Positions 18,040 through 32,805 are shown, numbered from the stretch's first letter. The stretch is DNA of 64,000 nucleotides from Eledone cirrhosa (GCA_964016885.1 OZ024765.1:20584001-20648000), one strand, 5' to 3'. Notes: generated by a model from the sequence alone, not told the origin. Program-made: numbers and translations.

Positions 18040-19398
18040 GCTGCCCATGGGAACTCCTATACGCAGACGACCTGACACTCATAGCGGAATCAATGGCCGA
18101 GCTAGAGAAGAAATTCCAAACATGGAAGCACGGCCTAGAGTCAAAAGGACTTAAAATTAACCTGGCTAAGACTAAAGTTCTAGTTTGTAGGAAAGAAAAC
18201 AAGGCGGCGGTCCCTTCTGGGAAATGGTCGTGCTCGGTGTGTAGGAAAGGCGTAGGTAGAAACTCCATTTTATGTCCCAAATGCAAAGTATGGGTGCATA
18301 AAAGATGTAGTGGGATCACAGGTAAGCTAACTAAGAACATAGATTTTACATGCGGCCGGTGTTCTGGTGCAATAAGTAGCAGCAAGTGCCCAAAAAATAC
18401 TAGCTCTTTCAATTGCGCAGAGGGTTCTATAGAAATAGTGGACAGCTTCCGTTACCTGGGTGATAAAATCAGCAGTGGGGGAGGGTGCTCTGAAAGTACT
18501 GTAGCTAGAGTCACAACTGGGTGGAAAAAGGTCAGAGAGCTTATACCACTATTAGCCGCTAAAGGGTTCTCCCTAAAAATGAAAGGCAGGTTGTACGATG
18601 CCTGCACACGAACAGCAATGTTGCATGGCAGTGAGACCTGGGCATTGTGTGCAGAGGATATACGCAGACTAGAGAGGAACGAAGCTTGCATGCTCCGCTG
18701 GATGTGTAACAGTAATATACGTGAACGGCAAAGCATAAACGAACTAAGGAAAAAATTAGAAATAAGAGGGATCAGATGTTGTTTACTCGAGAGAAGGCTA
18801 CGTTGGTATGGACACGTGATGCGCATGAAAGTCGATAGCTGTATAACAAAGTGCAGGGCAATAAAGATAGACGGTAGCCACGGAATAGGCAGACCTAGAA
18901 AAACCTGGGACGAGCTGATAAACTCTGACCTCACACACTTACACCTCTCCAAGACAATGTCACTGGACCGAGACCTTTGGCGGTACTCAGTAACAGAGAA
19001 GACCCGCCTTACCTAAATACATAGTAAAACCTACTACAACCAGTAGGCATCTCTAACAAAATACCCCCCACCCCATCCACGCCACCCCGTTCTATGTAAA
19101 GTTGTGTTGGTGCCACACCATCCAGGCCGAAACAAATGAGATCGTGTAGGTGTCACGACAAAAAAACACACAGTCCACGCTGTAATGTGGCCGTGTAGGC
19201 AACACGGTAAAAACCTCCCAGTCCCACACTGTAAATGTGGTTGGTGTTAGGAAGGGCATCCAGCTGTAGAAAACCTGCCAGACAGTCCTATGCGAGCAAG
19301 ACAATCACTCTTGCCTCAAGTGGGACTACCCCCGTCCAAACCCATGCAAGCGTGGAACACGGACGTTAAACGTTGATGATGATGATGATGATGATGAT
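18040..19398 (+). mobile_element. 5'-truncated RTE-type LINE, RT C-terminal half with PHD finger
   Basis: PWELLYADDL upstream of ORF 18093-19016; GLKINLAKTKVL, C4HC3, FRYLG, HGSETW, RRLRWYGHV, GRPRKTW; (GAT)n tail. Confidence 0.93.
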
Positions 19399-19548
19399 AT
19401 ATATGGGCCCCTCTCTCTCTCTCTATATATATATATGGGCCTCTCTCTCTCTCTCTATATATATATGAGCCTCTCTCTCTATATATATATATGAGCCTCT
19501 CTCTCTCTATATATATATGAGCCTCTCTCTCTATATATATATATGGGC

Positions 19549-19580
<32 letters not shown>

Positions 19581-19804
19581 GAGCCTCTCTCTCTATATAT
19601 ATATATATATGAGCCTCTCTCTCTCTATATATATATGAGCCTCTCTCTCTCTCTATATATATGAGCCTCTCTCTCTCTATATATATATATATGAGCCTCT
19701 CTCTCTATATATATATATGAGCCTCTCTCTCTCTATATATATATGAGCCTCTCTCTCTCTATATATATATGAGCCTCTCTCTCTCTCTCTATATATATAT
19801 GAGC

Positions 19805-19836
<32 letters not shown>

Positions 19837-20012
19837 GAGCCTCTCTCTCTCTATATATATATATATGAGCCTCTCTCTCTCTATATATATATATGAGCCT
19901 CTCTCTCTCTCTATATATATGAGCCTCTCTCTCTATATATATATATGGACCTCTCTCTCTCTCTCTCTATATATATATAAGCCTCTCTCTCTCTATATAT
20001 ATATATGAGCCC

Positions 20013-20043
<31 letters not shown>

Positions 20044-20090
20044 AGCCTCTCTCTCTATATATATATATATGGGCCCCTCTCTCTCTCTTT

Positions 20091-20127
<37 letters not shown>

Positions 20128-20302
20128 GTGTGTATGTATATATATATCTTTTACTTTTAAAACATATTTGTATCATCATCACACGTCCGCTTTTCCCTAC
20201 TTACACGGATGGGATGGGTCCTATTTAGCACACCATCTTTCCATTTGTCGTGTGTGTTTATATGTGTGTATATATATATATATATCTGTGTGTATATATG
20301 TG

Positions 20303-20333
<31 letters not shown>

Positions 20334-20926
20334 ATTATATAGATGGAAAGATATCTATGTGTGTGTGTAAATGTACATATATATATGTATATATATATAT
20401 ATATATATAGATATATATATACATATATATATATACATATATATATACATATATATATATATACATATGTATATGTATATATATATACATATATGTATAT
20501 ATATATACACATATATATATGTATATATATATATACATATATATATACATATATATATGTATATGTATATATATGCATGTATGTATATATATATACACAT
20601 ATATATATGTATATATATATATACATATATATATACATATATATATGTATATGTATATATATGCATGTATGTATATATATATATATATATATTATTATTA
20701 TGTAATAAACAACATAAGGCAATTATTCCATTTACCAGTGGTTTCTTAAAAGCAAAAGGTTTTGCTTTCAATCCTCAGAATGAAAAATCCTGGTTTGTTT
20801 ATTGAATATGGATTCTAAAAACAAAAATGCAGTCTATATGAAAGTGAGGCTGCTTTTCCAGCCTCACTTTCATATAGACTGCATTTTTGTTTTTAGAATC
20901 CATATTCAATAAACAAACCAGGATTT

Positions 20927-20984
20927 TTCATTCTGAGGATTGAAAGCAAAACCTTTTGCTTTTAAGAAACCACTGGTAAATGGA
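20927..20984 (+). ncRNA. Type I hammerhead (mirror 20727-20784 -)
   Basis: ttcatt-CTGAGGA-ttgaaagcaaaa cc ttttgcttttaa-GAAA-ccactgg-TA-aatgga; in palindrome 20692-21021. Confidence 0.8.
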
Positions 20985-21332
20985 ATAATTGCCTTATGTT
21001 GTTTATTACATAATAATAATAATTAAGCTCTGTTGCATACATAGAGCACTCTTTTTTCCTGGACTTTTCCGATGGAATTACTTCATTCATACATATATAT
21101 ATATATATATAATACACACACACACACATATATATATATATATGTGTGTGATTGATGTTGACCAATTCAGGTCAGACAGAGGAGAAGTTAAACAAAGAAA
21201 GAAACAAACAAACAATGAAATCTGAGAACATTGTGATTTTTATGTTGAGAGGGGGTTAGGGGGGAGGGGGTACATGACCATATCTATAATATGAGATAAT
21301 GTAATCTATATGTATGTATAGAGATATATATA

Positions 21333-21795
21333 TCATCATCATCTTCGTTTAACGTCCATCTTCCACGCTAGCATGGGTTAGACGGGAGTTGTCGCACTTG
21401 AGGCAAGGTTGGTTGGGTGACCATGTCTCGCTCATATAGGACTATCTGGTAGGTTTTCTACGGCTGGATGCCCTTCCTAACACCAACCACATTTACAGTG
21501 TGGAACTGGGAACTTTTTACTGTGTTACCTACACGGCCACATTACAGCGTGGACTGTGTGTTTTGTCGTGACACCTACACGATCTCGATCTCATTATCTC
21601 ATTTATTTAGACTGGATGTTGTGGTACCAACTTTATAGAGAGAGGGTGGTGTTGGTGGGAGTGGGAGGATAGGGTAGGGGTAGTGAATTGGGGTGTATAT
21701 TTGGTTAAGAAGTGCCTACTGACTGTAGGTTTCGCTTTGTACATAGGCACGGCGGGTCTTCTGTATTACTGCGTAGCGCCAAAGATCTTGGTCCA
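21333..21795 (-). mobile_element. RTE-type LINE 3' end
   Basis: Matches 74-525 and the reverse complement of 22915-23358. Confidence 0.88.
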
Positions 21796-21978
21796 TATAT
21801 ATATACATATATCTTTTTCCATTTTTATCTGAGGGTTCTAAACCCCATTATCAGACTAAAGTTTCTTAAGTCAAAAATACGGTGAAAGCTATTCTATTTT
21901 CTAATTTCAAACCTGCTCACTGTTTCAAAACATACTTACTTGTCATATATATATAAATATATATATATATATGTATAG

Positions 21979-23358
<1,380 letters not shown>

Positions 23359-23853
23359 TATATATATATATGTATCTATGTATATATATATATGTATATA
23401 TATATATACATATGTATCTATATATGTATGTATATATGTATGTATGTATATATATATATATGTATATATATATACATATGTATCTATATATGTATGTATA
23501 TATGTATGTATGTATATATATATATATATATATGTGTATATATATATATATTTATTAACCTGCCATTGAACCACATTGGCATATGGTTGGACAATACATG
23601 TGTCCCTAGACGCTTTGCGTGTAGGGATTTATACTTTATTATTATTCTCCTCTTGGTCGAGAAAAAAACTGGTCGTTCTGACTGCTGCTAGTTATAGTGG
23701 TAGTAGACTGACCCCCCTGCCTTTGCTTCTATCTTTACACACGGCACTGGACGGAATTGATTCCACATCATTTATTCTCATCTCGGGAACAATTTTGAAT
23801 AGCGCCAGTTCGTAATTTGAACTCGGGAATTTTATATTCTCCGAGTGAAAAGA

Positions 23854-23940
23854 ACCTTCTGACGAGAGTTTATCTTTTCAATGGAAGGCCGCAAGGGCTG
23901 TCCATTTATTTTTGAGACTCGAAACCGATTCGGTAAAGGT
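23854..23940 (+). ncRNA. Type I hammerhead with extended stem II
   Basis: acctt-CTGACGA-gagttt[43 nt]agactc-GAAA-ccg att cgg-TA-aaggt; within a ~450-bp island between (TA)n tracts. Confidence 0.82.
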
Positions 23941-24010
23941 AACCCTAGTGAGTACAGTTAATTTTTTAATATTTATCTTGAAACTTTTTCTTATTTGCTA
24001 AACCTTAAAT

Positions 24011-24062
<52 letters not shown>

Positions 24063-24314
24063 CATACATGCACACATATATATATGTATATATATATGTA
24101 TATATATATATGTATGTATATATGTATATATATATGTATATATATATATATATGTATATATATATGTATGTATATATATATGTATATATATATACATGTA
24201 TATATATATGTATATATATATGTATATATATATGTATATATATATGTATATATATATGTATATATATGTATATATATATGTATATATATATGTATATATA
24301 TATGTATATATATG

Positions 24315-24346
<32 letters not shown>

Positions 24347-24489
24347 AGTATGTACACGGACATACATATATGTATACAGACGTACAGTAGTATGTATATA
24401 TATATACATACATGCACACATATAAATATGTACGTATGGATTCACCGAACGGTATGCAAATTGGGCTACTCAGCCGTTAATATGCATAA

Positions 24490-24872
24490 GGTACAAAGTG
24501 AAACCTACTACAGTCAGTAGGCACCTCTAACAAAAATACCCCCCCGTCCCACTACCCCCCCCCCCCTTTCAATGTAAAGTTATGTTGGTACCACAACATC
24601 CAGTCTGAAACAAATGAGGTAGTGTAGGTGTCACAACAAAAAAAACACACAGTCCACGCTGTAATGTGACCGTGTAGGTAACATGGTAAAAACCTCCCAG
24701 TCAACACTGTAAATGTGGTTGGTGTTAGGAAGGGCATCCAGCCGTAGAAAACCCGCCAGACAGTCCTATGCGAGCAAGACAACCACTCTTGCTTCAAGTG
24801 GGAAAACTCCCGTCCAAACCCATGCAAGCGTGGAATATGGACGTTAAACGATGATGATGATGATGATGATGA
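24490..24872 (+). mobile_element. RTE-type LINE 3'UTR
   Basis: Matches 19020-19398. Confidence 0.88.
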
Positions 24873-25405
24873 TAGATGTACATATTTATATGGATATGTC
24901 AATATTTATGAAACAAACTTTGGATTTTGGTACCCTTAAAATCCATTGGTTCAGTTCTAATTTCAAGCCAGCAATCCCAAAATTAGAATTGAATCACCTG
25001 GATTTTAACTATGGAATACACACCATCTCACTGCTATTAGCTGTCAAACTGGTCACTAGATCATAAATCTCTTAATATCTCTTTCACCCTCTTTCCTTGA
25101 AACAGTATCAACCCCATTAAGACAAGACAATCAGCAAAACATTTACCACACATTTGTCAAACCTCCCTTCACCATCCACCCCTAGCCCTTAAATCTCATA
25201 CCAGTATCTCCCAATTAATCTCTAATTTATTGCTTTTTCTTTTATCTGTCACTACATCAGACTTTCTACAGTATCTATGCATGTTTTGAATATGACTTTT
25301 CATGTTAGCACTAAACCCACCACAGTATCCTTATACCACTTACTCACCACCACCACTATCATATTCTGTACTTACATGCTCTCAATTATCATTATCATTA
25401 TTTCT

Positions 25406-25591
25406 GGTGGATTGGCAGTATCGGTAGAGGGTCGGACGCCATGCTTTCCAGCATAGTTACGTCTCTTTACGATCCGAGTTCAAATCTCGCCGAGGTTGAC
25501 TTTGCCTTTCATCCTTACGGGGTTGATAAAATAAAGTACCAGTAATGCACTGGTTGATTGCTGGCCTTGTGCCTAAAGTAGAAACAATTAT
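25406..25591 (+). mobile_element. tRNA-derived SINE family A
   Basis: tggcagtatcgg A-box-like, gttcaaatc B box, gcctttcatccttacggggttgataaaataaagtacc central domain (Meta/MESC-like, from recall). Confidence 0.8.
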
Positions 25592-25771
25592 TTCTTTATT
25601 TCTTTATATTTTTCCATTTTCTTACTTTTTTACTGTATCTTTTTTCTTATCTTCAACATTTTACATCTGTAACTTCTCTACCTATTTACCATATATATTT
25701 TATTATTGATGTTATTGTTTTGATTATACGCTGTTTCTCTATATATATCTTGCCTTGAGTGAATTGTTTTT

Positions 25772-25882
25772 GTATTCTGATGAGTTGGTCAGAGGTAAAT
25801 AATGTAATGGAGATCGAGTGACGCAACTTCAAGCGATTAGAGACCTCTAGACTCACCTGATCAATGAAACAATTGTCAGTAC
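25772..25882 (+). ncRNA. Type I hammerhead with extended stem II
   Basis: gtatt-CTGATGA-gttggtcag[64 nt]ctgatcaat-GAAA-caattg-TC-agtac. Confidence 0.82.
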
Positions 25883-26155
25883 CTGAAACAAAGCCCCTTA
25901 TTGTACAGCCAACCATGTTACTCTTCATTCTTTCACTATTATTACTCCAAGTATAACCTACATAGGGAACTCGCTGCCTAACTATGGAAGCATCTTGTTG
26001 AGTTAAACAAAGCCGTACGTTAAAACTATCCATGACGCAGAGTAGTCACAACCTCTCACTGGATTACCTATAACGATAACTTGTTACCCCATATATATAT
26101 ATATATATATGAAAGACTTTCTACAGTATCTATGCATGTTTTGAATATGACTTTT

Positions 26156-27003
26156 CATGTGGCCGGTGCTCTGGTGCAATAAGTAGCAGCAAGTGCCCAC
26201 AAAATACTAGCTCCTTCAACTGCGCAGAGGGTTCTATAGAAATAGTGGACAGCTTCCGTTACCTGGGTGACAAAATCAGCAGTGGGGGAGGGTGCTCTGA
26301 AAGTACAGTAGCTAGAATCAGAACTGGATGGAAAAAGTTCAGAGAGCTTATACCGCTATTAGCCGCTAGAGGGTTCTCCCTAAAAATGAAAGGCAGGTTA
26401 TACGATACCTGCATACGAACAGCAATGCTGCATGGCAGTGAGACCTGGGCATTGTGTGCAGAGGATATACGCAGACTAGAGAGGAACGAAGCTTGCATGC
26501 TCCGCTGGATGTGTAACAGTAATATACGTGAACGGCAAAGCATAAACGAACTAAGGAAAAAATTAGAAATAAGAGGGATCAGATGTTGTTTACTCGAGAG
26601 AAGGCTACGTTGGTATGGTCACGTGATGCGCATGAAAGACGACAGCTGTATAACAAAGTGCAGGGCAATAAAGATAGACGGTAGCCACGGAGTAGGCAGA
26701 CCCAGAAAAACATGGGACGAGCTGATAAATTCCGACCTCACACGCTTACACCTCTCCAAGACAATGTCACTGGACCGAGACCTTTGGCGGTACTCAGTAA
26801 TAGAGAAGACCCGCCTTACCTAAATACAAAGTAAAAACCTACTACAGTCAGTAGGCATCTCTATCAAAACACCCCCAAAACCCGCCAGACAGTCCTATGT
26901 GAGCAAGACAACCACTCTTGCCTCAAGTGGGAAAACCCCCGTCCAAACCCATGCAAGCGTGGAACACGGACGCTAAACCTGATGATGATGATGATGATGA
27001 TGA
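26156..27003 (+). mobile_element. 5'-truncated RTE-type LINE
   Basis: ORF 26245-26823 nearly identical to the 18093 copy; 3'UTR with internal deletion. Confidence 0.92.
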
Positions 27004-27111
27004 AAGACGTAAAATAAGAAAATTTTAAAAATTAAAAATTAACTTACTTACTATGAAAATTTTAGTAAGTTAATTTTTAATTTTTAAAATTTTCTTATTT
27101 TACGTCTTTCA
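27001..27111. repeat. AT-rich palindrome, ~50-bp arms
   Basis: tgaaagacgtaaaataag... / ...cttattttacgtctttca. Confidence 0.85.
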
Positions 27112-27222
27112 TATAATTGTTCTGCATCCCCCTGCATAGAACCACCTAGGTACTTTGACATAACTTATATATTTACTAGCATTAGTGTACATCTGTACAC
27201 ATATGTTGGTAGATGTACTAAT

Positions 27223-27257
<35 letters not shown>

Positions 27258-27644
27258 TGAAGTAAATCCTTTGTTCTGTTGTCAAAGACCCTTAACTTGC
27301 AGACCCCTGCAAGCGGAATTAGTCGATCTTGGATTTGCAGAAACTTCGCGTGGATGTTGTGTGTTGTATGTGATGTATATCGTATGCTATACGAAATGCA
27401 TTATATATTGCATTCGGTCTCCGCGCTATGTCCAGGTCAGTCTAAAATCTTTTCCTGAGTCCAACCATTTTCGTTGCTATGGCAATGCGGCTGGACTGCC
27501 GATCGCTATATTTGATTTGCAAAGCTGTCTAAACGTATTGTTATTACTCTGGAGTACTATTCCCGATTGAGTGCTAAAGCTACATACCGAATTTGCATTC
27601 ATTAGCTTGGCCGCAACCTAAAGCTTCGTTAATGCTGCACTAAA

Positions 27645-27681
<37 letters not shown>

Positions 27682-27683
<2 letters not shown>

Positions 27684-28022
27684 ATCATCATCATCATCAT
27701 TTTACGTCCACTTTTCCCTGCTTGCAAGGGTGGGACAGGAACTGATGCTGGCTTGATTTCTACAGCTGGATGCCCTTCCTAACACCAACCTCATCTACAG
27801 TGAGTGCTGGGTGCTTTTTTGTTGGGGCACCTCCATGACCACTTTGCAGTGGAATGATATGGACCCCAGTCCCTATCATCTCATTTCTACAGCTGAGTAA
27901 ACTGGAGCAATGTGAAATAAAGTGTCTTGCTCAAGGAAACAACACATCACCCAGTCCGAGAATTGAACTCACAACCTTTCGATTCCAAGCCCAATGCTCT
28001 AACCACTAAACCATGTGCCTCC
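27682..28022 (-). mobile_element. Full-length SINE family B (tRNA head, core, RTE-derived tail)
   Basis: Reverse complement of 43797-44143. Confidence 0.88.
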
Positions 28023-28811
28023 ATGTATATATATATATATATGTGTGTGTATGAAATATACCCATACATTCAGAAATGTACATTAAAACTTAAAACTGTA
28101 CTAAATATTTGTTGAGCTCTTTAAGATGTTGAGAGGTTTGACTGCTATTTCTAGTAGACGTGAACCTTTTCATGTCATTTATCATCATCATCATCATCAT
28201 CATCATCATACGTCCGCTTTTCCCTGCTTGCAAGAGTGGGACGGGTCTTATTCAGCACAGCATCTCTCCACTTGTCACGGTCCTTCGTCATCTCCTCCGT
28301 GAGTTTCAGCTATCTGAGGTCTGCTCTCACCACCCCCGTCCATGTCGTTGCGGGTGCTAAATTCATATATTGATACCATCTGCATTTAGCCACTTTCAAC
28401 CCTGTATTGAAGAGATTAGCTAATTTTGGAATTCCCTCACTGTTGATCTGTTTCAAAATACCTAATTTCACCGTTATCTAGTGAAATATATTCTGATTTT
28501 GTGGAGAATACATATGAGGGAAATATATTGATCGTTATCAGGTATTTTGTTTTAATTTTTTATTAAATTTAATAAGATACTCAACGAATTATGTAATCTT
28601 ACATTCAGTCCAGATTGTCTCTAGTCTTAAGTTTTGATATGTCTTAATGCACACTTATGAAGATATTTCATTCACTTTCTTATAATGATTTAGGCTCGAT
28701 TTTATTCTCTGAATTCTATCTTGAGCTGTTTTTTGCAACAAGACATATGTTTGATTTTGTATCATTCATGACATCCTTTACTTTGAATCTAATAATAATA
28801 ATATATATATA

Positions 28812-29285
28812 TATCATCATCATCATCATTTTACGTCCGCTTTTCCCTGCTTGCAAGGGTGGGATGGGTCTTATTCAGCACAGCATCTCTCCACTTGTCA
28901 CGGTCCTTCGTCATCTCCACCGTGAGCTTCAGCGATCTGAGGTCTGTTCTCACCACCTCCGCCCATGTTTTTTGTGGTCTACCTCTACCACGTCTTCCTT
29001 CAACTGGCATTTCCTGGCACTTCTTCACCCATCGGACATCCTCCATGCGCATCACATGTCCATACCACCTCGGTCTCCTCTCCCGTACACTACATTCTAT
29101 CCCTCTCAGACACAGTTTCTCTCTCAACACATTCATGCTTGGTCGTTCAAGCACATTTACACTGCACATCCAACAGAGCATGCTTGCCTCATTTCTCTCC
29201 AGCCGTCGCATATCCTCTGCAGTTGCTGCCCATGTCTCACTACCATGCAGCATCGCACTCCTCACACAGGCATCAACCAGCCTTT
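28812..29285 (-). mobile_element. Second RTE subfamily 3' end (shorter copy 28180-28345)
   Basis: ORF 28831-29265 HGSETW..RWYGHVMRM..GRGRPQKTW; very short 3'UTR and (GAT)n. Confidence 0.88.
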
Positions 29286-29464
29286 CGGATATATCTATAT
29301 ATATATCTATCTAGGAAGTGTAACTTGGAGTTACTGTAGGTTCACCTGGGTGAGCACTCAATGTTTAGGTTCACTTCAGTGTCGAGGTGTAGAGCTATAC
29401 AGAGTGTATTATAGTGAAAAGATAACAAGGACGATTGGTTACTCCTTCATTACATTTATTGGTT

Positions 29465-29549
29465 GGTGACGCGCGTTTCGCCACTGATCAGCTCAAGGTT
29501 CGATCTGTATCGATCTGACCTGACTCTGTAATCTGCGGCTCGTCAGACC
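29465..29549 (-). ncRNA. Type I hammerhead with extended stem II (3' half repeated at about 7938-7990)
   Basis: Minus strand: ggt-CTGACGA-gccgc[50 nt]gtggc-GAAA-cgcgcg-TC-acc. Confidence 0.8.
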
Positions 29550-29797
29550 TCTTTTAATGGTAATACTTGATGATCCTATATATATATATAGGAAAAGAGT
29601 CAGGACCCCGACGGCTGAACTCTGGCTGTTTCAACAGCTAGACCCGAACTAAACCAGTAGTATTAGGGCGGCAGGGACCTAGGTGAAATTATCAGGAAGT
29701 ACAGTCCATATATGGGCATGTAATGAAAACACAGTAGAAGTATCAAATCAAACAATCCTAAAAATCGTTGTTTTTCTTTTCTCCCACAGGAGTGGTC

Positions 29798-29880
<83 letters not shown>

Positions 29881-30171
29881 AATTAAGTTAAAAATGTACA
29901 TCTACATATGCATACTGAAATACTAGTATGCATATGAATACACACACGTATACATATGTAGATGTAACAAGTCTTTCACTGGTTACTTTACTGGTTACTT
30001 TACAAACGAAACGAAATTTAATTTCGTTTCGTTATTTGTTTTTATCGTCTCCGCTGAACCGGTGCGTACTCACACTCTATGCAAATTAGTCTGCCCACTA
30101 CTAATTTTCATAGAAAAAGCATATAACGATATGTGCTTTTACGATTCTCCAGAAAGGCCGGTAGATAGGTA

Positions 30172-30216
30172 AATATTGCTGATGAGTTGTAACAACAACG
30201 AAACTAGTTCAATATT
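30172..30216 (+). ncRNA. Minimal type I hammerhead
   Basis: aatattg-CTGATGA-gttgt aaca acaac-GAAA-ctag-TT-caatatt; stem I extended by ttctccagaaag/ctttctggagaa. Confidence 0.85.
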
Positions 30217-30505
30217 CCTTGTCTGGCTTTCTGGAGAATAGAGGAAAGGTGTTTCCTCGAAAACCAGTATGACTCTAAAAACCGGTTTGTCTGTTTGTTT
30301 ACATACAGAATAGCTGGGTTACTCACAGTAAAGTAACCAGTGAAAGATTTGTTACATCTACATATGTATACGTGTGTGTATTCATATGCATACTAGTATT
30401 TCAGTATGCATATGTAGATGTACATTTTTAACTTAATTGTTTAAGCGTCAGTCATACAAAAGTGAGTTACAAACGAAACGAAATTTAATTTTGTTTCGTT
30501 ATTTG

Positions 30506-30550
<45 letters not shown>

Positions 30551-31092
30551 GAATATATATATATATATATAATTGGAAAATAGTCAAATCGAATCTCTGG
30601 CGGTTTGCAAGTAAATTCGGCCTACTTATATGAAAAGATGAGTTAGCAAAGCACTTGATAAGTTGGGGCCTTAGAGTAATAACATACGTTTAAATAGCTT
30701 GACAAATCGAACATTTTGGTAGGCGAATCTAACACACAATATAGACCAAAGTAACGATAGAACTAATCAGGTTGAGAAAAATACACCTGGACAAACCAAA
30801 CGATCAATCGTTTAAAGTGTTTCTTTGAATCCGAAACCAAATATCAGACTTACGTGACTGGCAAGCTCGTGGTATTCATGATCAAATGGAGGATACAGTT
30901 TTTCAACAGGTTTTTCGTGCTACCAAGGACCGAAGTGATAAGCTATATGTTGCTGCTATATATACACAACTCTATTTTCTCACATTCCCACAACTCTTCA
31001 AATAATCTACAACATATTCTTCTATTTCTATATATTATTTTCTTTTCTTTTCTTGTTCTTCCAGGTTGTTCTAGAAGTTTCCCTGTGCCACA

Positions 31093-31732
31093 ATGGAAGA
31101 GCCAAGTTCTTTGGTAGGAACTTGGAATCATCCGAAGATCTTCCCTTTTGTCGTTCCTTTCTTCCAGTGCCTGCTCTACTACGCCATCGTCCTAGTCTGT
31201 CATGTTGCTATATTTAAACTCAACACCATTTTTACACCGAGTTGGCTCCGACCGATTCTTTCCGATTTCATCTGCACTGTTACATCTTGTACGATCTCCT
31301 TCCAACACGGAATACTCCGATACTACTATGGCAGTATCTCATATGTGTTTATGTCGGTGTTTTTGGGATTTCTCTTCAAGAACATCTTCGAAGATGCTGC
31401 CCCATCCGTGCCCACAAATATAATAAAATACATGAACGGGAGTGTTTCTTTCAGTGATATGCTAGTGAGGGTTTTTTCACAGATCTTCGCCATTCCATCC
31501 ATTGCCCTCGTCGTACACACAATCTGGTTGTTAGAGATAATGCCAGAACATACACAAAAGCTGTCCCAACGAACGTGCACCAGTGACCTTAATGTTGCCA
31601 TAGCAATGGGGTTTCTCATCGAGGGAGGGGCCATTGCTTTCGATACATGGTTAAGTGAAAGTAAAATCACCATTTATAACCCTGTAAATTCCTGCCTCAA
31701 ACTTTTTGCTGGACCAATAATGGTTGTATTAG
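31093..31732 (+). CDS. AQP11/12: Unorthodox (super) aquaporin, coding exon 1
   Basis: Multi-TM hydrophobic ORF, CTSDLNV..GFLIEG; phase-1 donor G|gtatgt at 31733; upstream acceptor ttcttccag ending 31064. Confidence 0.85.
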
Positions 31733-31810
31733 GTATGTCTGTTGCATTTTCTTGTTTAATTCTTAATGTCCTGCACTATATGAAATCACATTAACACATT
31801 TTTGATAACT

Positions 31811-32088
31811 ACAAAACAACACTATGACTACATCACATTAAATATTAGTCTTTACTGTAATACTGTAAATATTCACAACAATCTGTCTACTAGTAAAGAT
31901 ACTATAAACATTTAGTACAAAACAACACTATGACTACATCACATTAAATATTAGTCTTTACTGTAATACTGTAAATATTCACAACAATCTGTCCACCAGT
32001 AAAGATACTATAAACATTTAGTACAAAACAACACTATGACTACATCACATTAAATATTAAAGTCTTTACTGTAATACTGTAAATATTC
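31811..32088. repeat. 106-bp tandem repeat, ~2.6 copies (intronic)
   Basis: Unit starts at 31811, 31917, 32023. Confidence 0.9.
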
Positions 32089-32299
32089 TGACCATTGTGT
32101 TGCCTGAAATCCCTATTTAATGATCTTTTGGACCCAACAAAATTACTTAACCCTGATTCACCTAGTAAACAATAACTTTGAACTATTGATAACATCTTTA
32201 TCTTTCAATATAATTATCTGATAAATTATCAATCAACAACAACACCACCACCACCAACACCAACAACAACAGCAAATGGTGTAGGACAGAACATATATG

Positions 32300-32805
32300 T
32301 GAACTGGATACTTTTTGTTGTGACACCTACATGACCACTTTACAGAGTGGACTGGGTGCTTTTTGTCATGACACCTACATGACCACTTTACAGTGTGGAC
32401 TGGGTGTTGTTTGTTGTGACACCTACATGACCACTTTACAGTGTGGACTGGGTGCTATTTGTTGACACCTACATGACCACTTTACAGTGTGGACTGGATG
32501 TTGTTTGTTGTGACACCTACATGACCACTTTACAGAGTGGACTGGGTGCTATTTGTTGACACCTACATGACCACTTTACAGTGTGGACTGGATGTTGTTT
32601 GTTGTGACACCTACATGACCACTTTACAGTGTGGACTGGGTGCTTTTTGTCATGACACCTACATGACCACTTTACAGTGTGGACTGGGTGCTTTTTGTCG
32701 TGACACCTACATAACCACATTACAGAGTGGACTGGGTGCTTTTTGTCATGACACCGACATGACCACTTTACAGAGTGGACTGGGTGTTGTTTGTCATGAC
32801 ACCTG
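32300..32805. repeat. 46-48-bp minisatellite derived from the RTE 3'UTR
   Basis: About 11 starts of gacacctacatgaccactttacagtgtggactggg. Confidence 0.9.

Noticed and set aside
24910-25075. Possible decayed PLE endonuclease C-terminus upstream of the 25772 HHR
   Set aside because: Only faint similarity across frames; needs a profile search
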